This document shows positions 36,501 through 47,305 of a stretch of DNA of 64,000 bases, piece after piece. A program made the position numbers and the translations under genes. The notes below the pieces were generated by a model. The model saw only the letters and a program-made list of their open reading frames with translations, was not told the origin of the DNA and made no database searches. Position 1 is the stretch's first letter. Each line of letters opens with the position of its first letter. The DNA comes from Flectonema sp. DT1601 (taxonomy: Eukaryota): contig OZ025791.1 in assembly GCA_964019425.1 (NCBI GenBank), positions 868,001 to 932,000 on the forward strand, read 5' to 3'.

Positions 36501-39500
36501 TCCCTCTTCACCTCACTGTTGAATGATGACTAGAACACATTAGTACAAATCACAGGGAGCTGATTCTCTTGAAGTAGATGAGAAATGTTCATAACTGACT
36601 TCTATCCTCTCTTCGCCACTTCCATGGGTGGCGTTCTCTTCTTTGATCCTTTTCCCTCTTCACCTCACTGTCGAATGATGACTAGAACACATTAGTACAA
36701 ATCACAGGGAGCTGATTCTCTTGAAGTAGATGAGAAATGTTCATAACTGACTTCTGTCTTCCCTTCACCACTTCCATGAGTGGTTCTCTTCTTTGATCCT
36801 TTCCCCTCTTCACCTCACTGTTGAATGATGACTAGAACACATTAGTACAAATCACAGGGAGCTGATTCTCTTGAAGTAGATGAGAAACGTTCATAACTGA
36901 CTTCTATCCTCTCTTCGCCACTTCCATGGGTGGCGTTCTCTTCTTTGATCCTTTTCCCTCTTCACCTCACTGTTGAATGATGACTAGAACACATTAGTAC
37001 AAATCACAGGGAGCTGATTCTCTTGAAGTAGATGAGAAACGTTCATAACTGACTTCTATCCTCTCTTCGCCACTTCCATGGGTGGCGTTCTCTTCTTTGA
37101 TCCTTTTCCCTCTTCACCTCACTGTTGAATGATGACTAGAACACATTAGTACAAATCACAGGGAGCTGATTCTCTTGAAGTAGATGAGAAACGTTCATAA
37201 CTGACTTCTGTCTTCCCTTCGCCACTTCCATGGGTGGCGTTCTCTTCTTTGATCCCTTTCCCTCTTCACCTCGCTGTCGAATGATGACTAGAACACATTA
37301 GTACAAATCACAGGGAGCTGATTCTCTTGAAGTAGATGAGAAATGTTCATAACTGACTTCTGTCTTCCCTTCGCCACTTCCATGAGTGGATCTCTTCTTT
37401 GATCCTTTCCCCTCTTCACCTCACTGTCGAATGATGACTAGAACACATTAGTACAAATCACAGGGAGCTGATTCTCTTGAAGTAGATGAGAAATGTTCAT
37501 AACTGACTTCTGTCTTCCCTTCACCACTTCCATGAGTGGATCTCTTCTTTGCTCCTTTCCCCTCTTCACCTCACTGTTGAATGATGACTAGAACACATTA
37601 GTACAAATCACAGGGAGCTGATTCTCTTGAAGTAGATGAGAAATGTTCATAACTGACTTCTGTCTTCCCTTCACCACTTCCATGAGTGGTTCTCTTCTTT
37701 GATCCTTTCCCCTCTTCACCTCACTGTTGAATGATGACTAGAACACATTAGTACAAATCACAGGGAGCTGATTCTCTTGAAGTAGATGAGAAATGTTCAT
37801 AACTGACTTCTATCCTCTCTTCGCCACTTCCATGGGTGGCGTTCTCTTCTTTGATCCTTTTCCCTCTTCACCTCACTGTTGAATGATGACTAGAACACAT
37901 TAGTACAAATCACAGGGAGCTGATTCTCTTGAAGTAGATGAGAAACGTTCATAACTGACTTCTATCCTCTCTTCGCCACTTCCATGGGTGGCGTTCTCTT
38001 CTTTGATCCTTTTCCCTCTTCACCTCACTGTTGAATGATGACTAGAACACATTAGTACAAATCACAGGGAGCTGATTCTCTTGAAGTAGATGAGAAATGT
38101 TCATAACTGACTTCTGTCTTCCCTTCACCACTTCCATGAGTGGATCTCTTCTTTGCTCCTTTTCCCTCTTCACCTCACTGTTGAATGATGACTAGAACAC
38201 ATTAGTACAAATCACAGGGAGCTGATTCTCTTGAAGTAGATGAGAAACGTTCATAACTGACTTCTATCCTCTCTTCGCCACTTCCATGGGTGGCGTTCTC
38301 TTCTTTGATCCTTTTCCCTCTTCACCTCACTGTCGAATGATGACTAGAACACATTAGTACAAATCACAGGGAGCTGATTCTCTTGAAGTAGATGAGAAAC
38401 GTTCATAACTGACTTCTGTCTTCCCTTCACCACTTCCATGAGTGGTTCTCTTCTTTGATCCTTTCCCCTCTTCACCTCACTGTCGAATGATGACTAGAAC
38501 ACATTAGTACAAATCACAGGGAGCTGATTCTCTTGAAGTAGATGAGAAACGTTCATAACTGACTTCTATCCTCTCTTCGCCACTTCCATGGGTGGCGTTC
38601 TCTTCTTTGATCCTTTTCCCTCTTCACCTCACTGTTGAATGATGACTAGAACACATTAGTACAAATCACAGGGAGCTGATTCTCTTGAAGTAGATGAGAA
38701 ACGTTCATAACTGACTTCTATCCTCTCTTCGCCACTTCCATGGGTGGCGTTCTCTTCTTTGATCCTTTTCCCTCTTCACCTCACTGTTGAATGATGACTA
38801 GAACACATTAGTACAAATCACAGGGAGCTGATTCTCTTGAAGTAGATGAGAAATGTTCATAACTGACTTCTATCCTCTCTTCGCCACTTCCATGGGTGGC
38901 GTTCTCTTCTTTGATCCTTTTCCCTCTTCACCTCACTGTCGAATGATGACTAGAACACATTAGTACAAATCACAGGGAGCTGATTCTCTTGAAGTAGATG
39001 AGAAATGTTCATAACTGACTTCTGTCTTCCCTTCACCACTTCCATGAGTGGTTCTCTTCTTTGATCCTTTCCCCTCTTCACCTCACTGTTGAATGATGAC
39101 TAGAACACATTAGTACAAATCACAGGGAGCTGATTCTCTTGAAGTAGATGAGAAACGTTCATAACTGACTTCTATCCTCTCTTCGCCACTTCCATGGGTG
39201 GCGTTCTCTTCTTTGATCCTTTTCCCTCTTCACCTCACTGTTGAATGATGACTAGAACACATTAGTACAAATCACAGGGAGCTGATTCTCTTGAAGTAGA
39301 TGAGAAACGTTCATAACTGACTTCTATCCTCTCTTCGCCACTTCCATGGGTGGCGTTCTCTTCTTTGATCCTTTTCCCTCTTCACCTCACTGTCGAATGA
39401 TGACTAGAACACATTAGTACAAATCACAGGGAGCTGATTCTCTTGAAGTAGATGAGAAACGTTCATAACTGACTTCTGTCTTCCCTTCACCACTTCCATG

Positions 39501-42500
39501 AGTGGTTCTCTTCTTTGATCCTTTCCCCTCTTCACCTCACTGTCGAATGATGACTAGAACACATTAGTACAAATCACAGGGAGCTGATTCTCTTGAAGTA
39601 GATGAGAAACGTTCATAACTGACTTCTATCCTCTCTTCGCCACTTCCATGGGTGGCGTTCTCTTCTTTGATCCTTTTCCCTCTTCACCTCACTGTTGAAT
39701 GATGACTAGAACACATTAGTACAAATCACAGGGAGCTGATTCTCTTGAAGTAGATGAGAAACGTTCATAACTGACTTCTATCCTCTCTTCGCCACTTCCA
39801 TGGGTGGCGTTCTCTTCTTTGATCCTTTTCCCTCTTCACCTCACTGTTGAATGATGACTAGAACACATTAGTACAAATCACAGGGAGCTGATTCTCTTGA
39901 AGTAGATGAGAAATGTTCATAACTGACTTCTATCCTCTCTTCGCCACTTCCATGGGTGGCGTTCTCTTCTTTGATCCTTTTCCCTCTTCACCTCACTGTC
40001 GAATGATGACTAGAACACATTAGTACAAATCACAGGGAGCTGATTCTCTTGAAGTAGATGAGAAACGTTCATAACTGACTTCTGTCTTCCCTTCACCACT
40101 TCCATGAGTGGTTCTCTTCTTTGATCCTTTCCCCTCTTCACCTCACTGTTGAATGATGACTAGAACACATTAGTACAAATCACAGGGAGCTGATTCTCTT
40201 GAAGTAGATGAGAAACGTTCATAACTGACTTCTATCCTCTCTTCGCCACTTCCATGGGTGGCGTTCTCTTCTTTGATCCTTTTCCCTCTTCACCTCACTG
40301 TCGAATGATGACTAGAACACATTAGTACAAATCACAGGGAGCTGATTCTCTTGAAGTAGATGAGAAACGTTCATAACTGACTTCTGTCTTCCCTTCACCA
40401 CTTCCATGAGTGGTTCTCTTCTTTGATCCTTTCCCCTCTTCACCTCACTGTTGAATGATGACTAGAACACATTAGTACAAATCACAGGGAGCTGATTCTC
40501 TTGAAGTAGATGAGAAACGTTCATAACTGACTTCTATCCTCTCTTCGCCACTTCCATGGGTGGCGTTCTCTTCTTTGATCCTTTTCCCTCTTCACCTCAC
40601 TGTCGAATGATGACTAGAACACATTAGTACAAATCACAGGGAGCTGATTCTCTTGAAGTAGATGAGAAATGTTCATAACTGACTTCTATCCTCTATTCGC
40701 CACTTCCATGGGTGGCGTTCTCTTCTTTGCTCCTTTTCCCTCTCCACCCCAATGTTATTATTGATGTGTATATTATAAAGCTTTCAATAATAAACTAATT
40801 CAGGTCTTGAGAAGAATGAGTTGGTTCAGTTAGTTCAGAGACTTCAGAGATACTTGGAAAGGATTGCTAGGCTAACTCAACAAACAAGTGATCCTGAAAA
40901 GACTCAATCGGTAACTCAACCAGTAAAGAACTACAGCACAATTACAACAACTCGCCCAGGTGATGAAGAAATCCCAAAAACCGACTCTCTTAGATGGTCG
41001 TGGACTATGCAATCACAACAATTCTCAAGAGATGGTGACAGTAGACTTTATTGTACTTTAAAATGTACAGTTATAACATCACTTAAGGCTCGTCTAGCAC
41101 CGTGTGCTGTGGCTATTACTGATAAGGCAATGTATCTTTGTAATCTAGTTGATGGAAAGGTTTGTAATTATGATTCTGCCATCTTTTATTTTCAAGTGAG
41201 TTCTATTTAAAATGATCAAATCAAACAGGTACTCCACAGAGAACTGATAACAAATTTCAAAGCAGCGTTGCTATTTACTGACAAGCGGTGTCTCGGATTG
41301 AGGATACAGTCATCAGCAAACTCACTTGAACTTTATATTCAAACAGATGAATTTTGGCAAGAAGAGGCTATTGTGACGAATCTTAGAATCCCAGAAAATA
41401 GTCAAATTAAACAAACTCTGGATACCTACATTCCAAAACAATCAACTGAATTACGACTAATGCTAGAACTTGACCCCAGGATAGTCGAAGACTTACATCA
41501 AGACCTTAGACTAAAAGATGGAGAGATCGAACGCTGTCAAAACCTCCTACAGGAGGAGCGAAAAAAATTTCAAAATGAAGTTGATGATGTTAAGAAGTCG
41601 GAGGCTGATAGAGCTTATATACGTTCTCAGGAATCCTCCACTGAGTTAGCGAAATTACGGCATGCTCGGTATGTTTGTTTTCAGGTTGCGTAGGATTATA
41701 TTATCAAAGGAAATAAATAAAAATAAACACAGCAACCTCTCAACTGTAATCATCGACGAGATGGAATCCCGAAACAACAAACACCAACTCGAGATAGTTG
41801 AACGTGAGCATATCCTTCATCAGTTTTTTAGAGAACTTCAAGGACAAGAGCAAAGATGGAGAGATTGGGGTGAACAAAGAGTAGCAGCAGAGAGGCACCA
41901 GTTAGTATTAGCATGTACTGCTACTGTTGAGAAAGCCAATAGGGCGAAGGCCGAAAGCGAAGAATTGGAAAAACGTGTTAACCTTTTGGGAAGAATCACT
42001 CACCCAATAGCTCAAATAGCATGCGGTGAGAGGATCATGTTAAAGGAGTCAGAGAAACGAGCATTGATAGAACGTGACTGGGGGGTCTTCTTTGTAGTTG
42101 CACAGCAACGGAAGACTCAACAATCTACAGATACTTGGGTTGAAATTCAGCAAAAGAATGAAATCTTGCAAAAGAAATATAATTCTCAAAATAAGAATCT
42201 CCACGATATTACCGACAAACACACAGAAGTATCATCAGGTTATCAAGATGCTACCAACCGTGTTGGTTCTTTATTACGAGCGAATAAAGTACTTCAGCAG
42301 TCATTAGGAAGTTGTCAGTTTCTTGATATTCACAGAGTTCGTATGGACAGTATGCTTCTTACTGAAGACACTAATAGAAGAGCTATTGAAGTACAAGCTG
42401 CGGTATCTTATGAACAGTCTGTCTTAAAACTTGTTAGTTATCTTCTAAGTGACGCAGGTCAGATGGGAGCTCCTCTTTTATCATCAATTCACTCTTATGC

Positions 42501-43368
42501 CAGATCAGCTGCTAATGATGCTGATGCAATGGCACGTACTGGAGGTGGTGTTTCAGACTACAGTCTTCGATCATTAGCAACGACTTGTGGAAGAGTTTCA
42601 TCATCCCTTCCAAAACTTCAAAAAGAACAACAAGGAGCAATGGATATCGCTTCTTCTTTAATAAACTCTGCAGCATTAAATCTTGATCCTGATAATCTAT
42701 TTGGTCTTTCACTGTTTGATGATGACGACCCTACAGTTCAGGGAGGTATCTACAGTACAATGGAAGGATGGCTTCATCGTCAAGAACAGGGCATCTGGAC
42801 AAATCGATACTTTACATTCTCGAATGGGAATTTAGTTTACACGTCTCCTAATGGTAATAATACGCAATTACTACTCTCAATTGAAGGTCTCTGTAGTGTT
42901 ACATCAGAACCTAACAAAGGAGAAGACTACCCAAACGGAAAGTACGGTTCGTTTATTTGGAGTGTTGAGATGGTGAGCGGTTCTAGAGTAAAGTTCTCTG
43001 CCCCGACTATTGGTGAACGTCAAGAATGGATTAACTCATTCAAGGAAGCTATTACTCAACACTCGAAATACTCTGGGAGAGGTACAGCTCAACTAACTGC
43101 TAATAATAAATTAGTTAGAAAAGTTACGATTTCTCGTTCAGCATCAGGTGCGAATACCTGGGGATCTCCTTCTCCATCTCCTACACTACCTCCAAGAATG
43201 CAACCACTGCAGGCAATGTATCCACAAAGTCTTCAGGGATCTCAACATGGATATTCCAGTCAGGTAAGGCAACCATCTGTGCCAGAGAGGTCGTTTTCTC
43301 TTCCGACACCAACACCGAGAAAAGATGAAATTAATTCAGTTCCTAAGATTGATACCTCAATGTTATAA
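33555..43368 (+). CDS. ~1178-aa PH-like/coiled-coil/PH protein, host of the snoRNA array; exons 33555-34659, 40804-41159, 41229-41668, 41733-43368
   Basis: All three GT..AG introns preserve frame (phases 1, 0, 2) and join four ORF-track fragments. C-terminal PH domain MEGWLHRQEQGIWTNRYF..FSAPTIGERQEWINSF. Confidence 0.8.
34709..40748 (+). ncRNA. Intronic tandem array of 40 box C/D snoRNA copies (76-nt core in a 150/152-bp unit)
   Basis: In copy 1: C box ATGATGA 34709-34715, D' CTGA 34746-34749, C'-like TAGATGA 34761-34767, D CTGA 34781-34784. The core is invariant except one T/C site while the spacers vary. The last C box is at 40607. Confidence 0.85.
34861..39396 (+). repeat. Higher-order duplication of 15 units (period 2268 bp) within the array
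   Basis: The unit-length series and the rare cctcGctg variant of copy 2 (34861) recur from copy 17 (37129). Confidence 0.8.
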
Positions 43369-43687
43369 TAGTTAACAACTTATTCATATACACTGCAGCG
43401 ATAACCATAAGGTTTCTGCTTGTTGTCAATTTCTAACTATGTTTTTGTTACGGTTTGTGAGTCGTCAATCCCATCCGACGACTATTCGTATGGTGATTTA
43501 ACCCTTTGAAGGGATTAATTGAAATCCTGATGCAACTTTCTACTTTTTAGATGCTGCTTGCGGCATTGTCTGTACTTGTATTCTATTCGTTTTATTTGGA
43601 TCTGGTATCCGTAGTCTTCCTCTCTACGTATTTTAGTTTGTTAGTGTGTTTTGTGATAATAATAATAATTCTTACCAGCTACACATT

Positions 43688-44483
43688 ATGGAGTCCAGGG
43701 ATGACCAAGGCATGCAAAACGGTACTAAAATTGATGAATATTCGCAGCAGCAGTACCAACAACAACAAAACATACCTGCAGCAGATGGGTATCCGCAACA
43801 GCCGCCGCAACAATGGCAGCAGCCACCATCTCAGTCGATGTATGCCGCTCCGCCTCAGCAATTTCCGGGGAAGACTGTTGCCGTTACTTTGCCTATCGTA
43901 TGTACATTTGAAAACTGAGTAACCATTTTAGATGAGATACGTTGTGAAATCTAAAGCGACAAAACAACAACACAACCAACAGCCAACCTTACGAGTCACA
44001 ACTCCAATAAGAGGATCACTTCGAATGAACCTAATATGGAATTATAAAAAGGTCACTAAATGTCATCTAAGTGAAGACGAGAGTGCAGTGCTGTGGATGT
44101 ATCGACTGAGATGTTGGACTGCGTTGATGTTAGAAATCGTTGCTCCGATTGCGATTTTTATCAGAACTGGTCCGAAAATAAGTGAAGAGTTACTACGAGA
44201 ATACTCAGAGGCTAAGAAGTTTCCGGAAGAAGCAATTGAGAAGATGCGAAACGTGAAAAGATTAAACTATTCCTTACCAGCAAGAATCGGTTGTGCAGCA
44301 GCTTTCTGGATGTGTATTAGAATATTAAATGGATTTATGGATGAGCAAATGTTTCATGGGTTCCTCACATTTAAACCCTCTGTTCTACATGACTATGTTT
44401 TGTACCTTGAAAATGAAAGCAGACGTGCCGGTGAACAGGGATTAATATACGTTCCACATCCTCCTATCCCAGTTATAGTCTGA
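43688..44483 (+). CDS. Hypothetical protein, Q/P-rich N-terminus and two hydrophobic segments; exons 43688-43897, 43983-44483
   Basis: Phase-0 intron 43898-43982 (GTATGT..caaccaacAG) joins two ORFs. Confidence 0.7.
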
Positions 44484-44957
44484 GCACTCTAATCAATAAT
44501 ATTACTGTTCCATATACAACTACGTAAGCTCAATACTTCATAGCAGATAAAATGGACTTTATCAGTCCAGCTGCGTTGACGAGCACCATTCTTTGCTTAT
44601 TGCAGGAGGGGTTCTTTATAGATTGATTTCACTATGTAGCTTTAAAAAATCTTTTTTTAAAAAAAAAAGATTTTTTTTTTTTTGATTCTGTCTTACCCTA
44701 TTCTCAGAGAAAGGGAAATAACTAAAAGGCTGAGGGAGAAAGGGAAAAAAGAAAAAAAAAAAGAAAAAAGAAAAAAGAAGCAACCTCCAAGAGATGGATT
44801 TTTGATTAGATACCCAACTTGCTGAACTTGCTGTGTAGCAGCTATTATCTGTAAGTGTTGTTACAGAAAATAATAGTATTGCGTTGGTGTGGCTGATGGA
44901 AGTTGGTTTAGTTTCTTTTCAAACACAAATTTTTCAGATTTCACAAGACATCATAAT

Positions 44958-45590
44958 ATGCAACTTGCTAATCAGATAAATGGAATGGATGGATGGGTAC
45001 CAGCTACTATTAGTAAACGTTGGGATGGTGATGATGGTGAGAGTCTTCCTCCAATCGCAGCTTTCTTAGAAGAACACAACATCACTGAAGTCATCGATGA
45101 GTTAGAGATGAATGAAATCTTCACACTCGAAACATTACTACTCTTAACTGATGTTGATCTGATTGAAGGATTCTCACCAACGACTCAATTAAAACTCGCT
45201 AACGCTTTGGGAAAGATACTTCCCATGCAGTCTGTTGCCACAGTTAGTGTTCAGCAATTAGCAGTTCCTGGTAATCTAATCCATGCACAGTCACTTTGTC
45301 AAGTAATTCCAACAATGCTTCCTGTGGGACAGCAAGCAGTTCAGTTTAATACCGCCTTGCAAACACCTGTTCAGCCTCTCTTAGCAGCTGAGTCTTTCAC
45401 TGAAGTGGTACAACAACTTGTTGAAGAAAGAGAGAGAGCACGCAGAGTAAAGGATTATTCAAAGGCCGACAACATTAGAGAACAGTTACGCAAACAAGGC
45501 ATCCGTCTCAATGATGACACTCGCACCTGGCTTCATCCAAACGGCACAACTGGCGGAACTTGGGGAAAGCAAGAAGCAAAGGTTCGCTAA
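44958..45590 (+). CDS. SAM-like domain plus CysRS C-terminal-like domain protein
   Basis: FLEEHNI..LEMNEIFTLETLLLLTDVDLIE is SAM-like. LVEERERARRVKDYSKADNIREQLRKQGIRLND..TW matches the CysRS C-terminal helical domain. Confidence 0.7.
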   Translation: MQLANQINGMDGWVPATISKRWDGDDGESLPPIAAFLEEHNITEVIDELEMNEIFTLETLLLLTDVDLIEGFSPTTQLKLANALGKILPMQSVATVSVQQLAVPGNLIHAQSLCQVIPTMLPVGQQAVQFNTALQTPVQPLLAAESFTEVVQQLVEERERARRVKDYSKADNIREQLRKQGIRLNDDTRTWLHPNGTTGGTWGKQEAKVR

Positions 45591-45658
45591 GAGTCTATTT
45601 AAAGAGATGAAAAAAAATTAAAGAAAAGAAACCATTTGTGTGATAGATCCGCACATTG

Positions 45659-45689
<31 letters not shown>

Positions 45690-47305
45690 GGAATAATAAA
45701 TTGCTTGTTTCTACCCTTTCCTTCCCTTTGTCTAAAATAATACTCGCCAATTTCAAAACCCACGGAAAGTGGGATAAAACTGATTTCTTTTATTATTTGG
45801 CTTCTAAATCCATTGAGAAGTCACACTACGTCTTTGCGACAGCATAAAGACGTAGTGATATTTACATTTAACCTCCCTCTCCGCTTTTATTTTTTTAATC
45901 GTTAGTATGAGTCAGTCCGTCCGTAGTAAGGAACTACTAGCTTTCTTTGCAAACAGCATATCGTTTGTTTGCCTGCTGCATGAATACGAGCCTTGTATGC
46001 TGCTTATTTTCTTTTTTTAAAATTAATCTTTTTTCAGCCATTGAGATCTCCTTAATATTGTCTTTTTTTTTTTGATATTTTTCGAAAAACGTGTTTTTCT
46101 TTTCATCGTGTCTCTTCCTTTTATGCGTTACATCTCTGTATTTTTAAATACAACAATGTTTGTTTCCTTTTTACCCATTTTCACAGTCTTTAATATCGTA
46201 GTGGAGCGCCCTACAAAATCGTGGGCTCACCAAGGTTATCACTTTGGTAGACGCATTGCAACTTTCCCATCCTGTAGTTAACAACAGGTAGATTGGCGTA
46301 AAAAAAAGATATTTTTTTTTTTGGGAATCTTTTGAAAGCATAAAGGCGCTACTAAAAGAAAAAAAAAAAAAAAAAAAAAAGCTCATATTATCTATGGGCG
46401 CTGCAACCATGTAATATGGTATTTCCGTTTATTTATTTTGCCGAAATCTTCAACATGATCCCAATTTAAATTATTTTTTTTTTTTACTCTGACCTGTGCT
46501 ATGTTTGTTTAGCAAAATTGTTTCCTTCCACAAGATATTTGTGTTTTTTTTCTTTCCTTTCTTACTCCTTACACGTATCGTAACATAAAATTGATTCGCT
46601 TCACGATTAGAGGCTGCCATCGGTAGTGGTTTCCACATCGAGTTTTCTTTTGAACTATCTCACGAAAAGTGATTGAATTTCATTATTTTTAGGTTTTGGG
46701 TTAGTGTTTTTTTCATCACCGAGTTTCATCCCAGCAGTGGGAAAAACGCATCATAAGTATGCGGTATCTCTCCTTTATATCTCTATGCAAATGAAAAGAC
46801 CCATGAAAAAAAAAAAAAAGGAATGAATTATTTAAGCTTGGCTTGTTGACGTATCTCTCACTACTTCCCTTCCGGGATAGTTGTGATGTGAGTTTATTTT
46901 TTTTAACATCACTCCCCTTTCCACTATTTCCCTTAAGTCATTGTGCTTCTTTGCTTTTGATATTTTCGTACTAGTAATGTGGGCACGGCATGTATTAATG
47001 CCCTCCGTTGGAATGCTTTACACTTTGCCCTGATACTATTTTTTTTGATCTCGTTTCTGGGATCGTTTAACTAGTTATTTTATTTGTCGCTATTCCCTCA
47101 CCTCCCCGTCCCTCTCTCTCTCTCTCTCTCTCTTCTCTCTCCCATAAGACTTAAAAAAAGATTATTGTGTGAACCATATTATTGTATCGTGTGTTTCTAT
47201 TTATTATAAATCACAACAGGGACGATTAATATGATTAAAATCTAAAAAGGATTCCTCGTTTCCTCCCGTAAACTATTTCATTCATCATAATCAGAAAACG
47301 TTAAA

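Noticed and set aside
34709..40748. CRISPR array
   Set aside because: Spacers are near-identical rather than unique, the constant part is 76 nt, there are no cas genes and the context is a eukaryotic intron.
34709..40748. Spliced-leader RNA, 5S or tRNA tandem array, or a coding repeat
   Set aside because: No recognisable SL exon with donor, no 5S or tRNA structure, and no ORF in the track. C/D boxes explain the conserved core.
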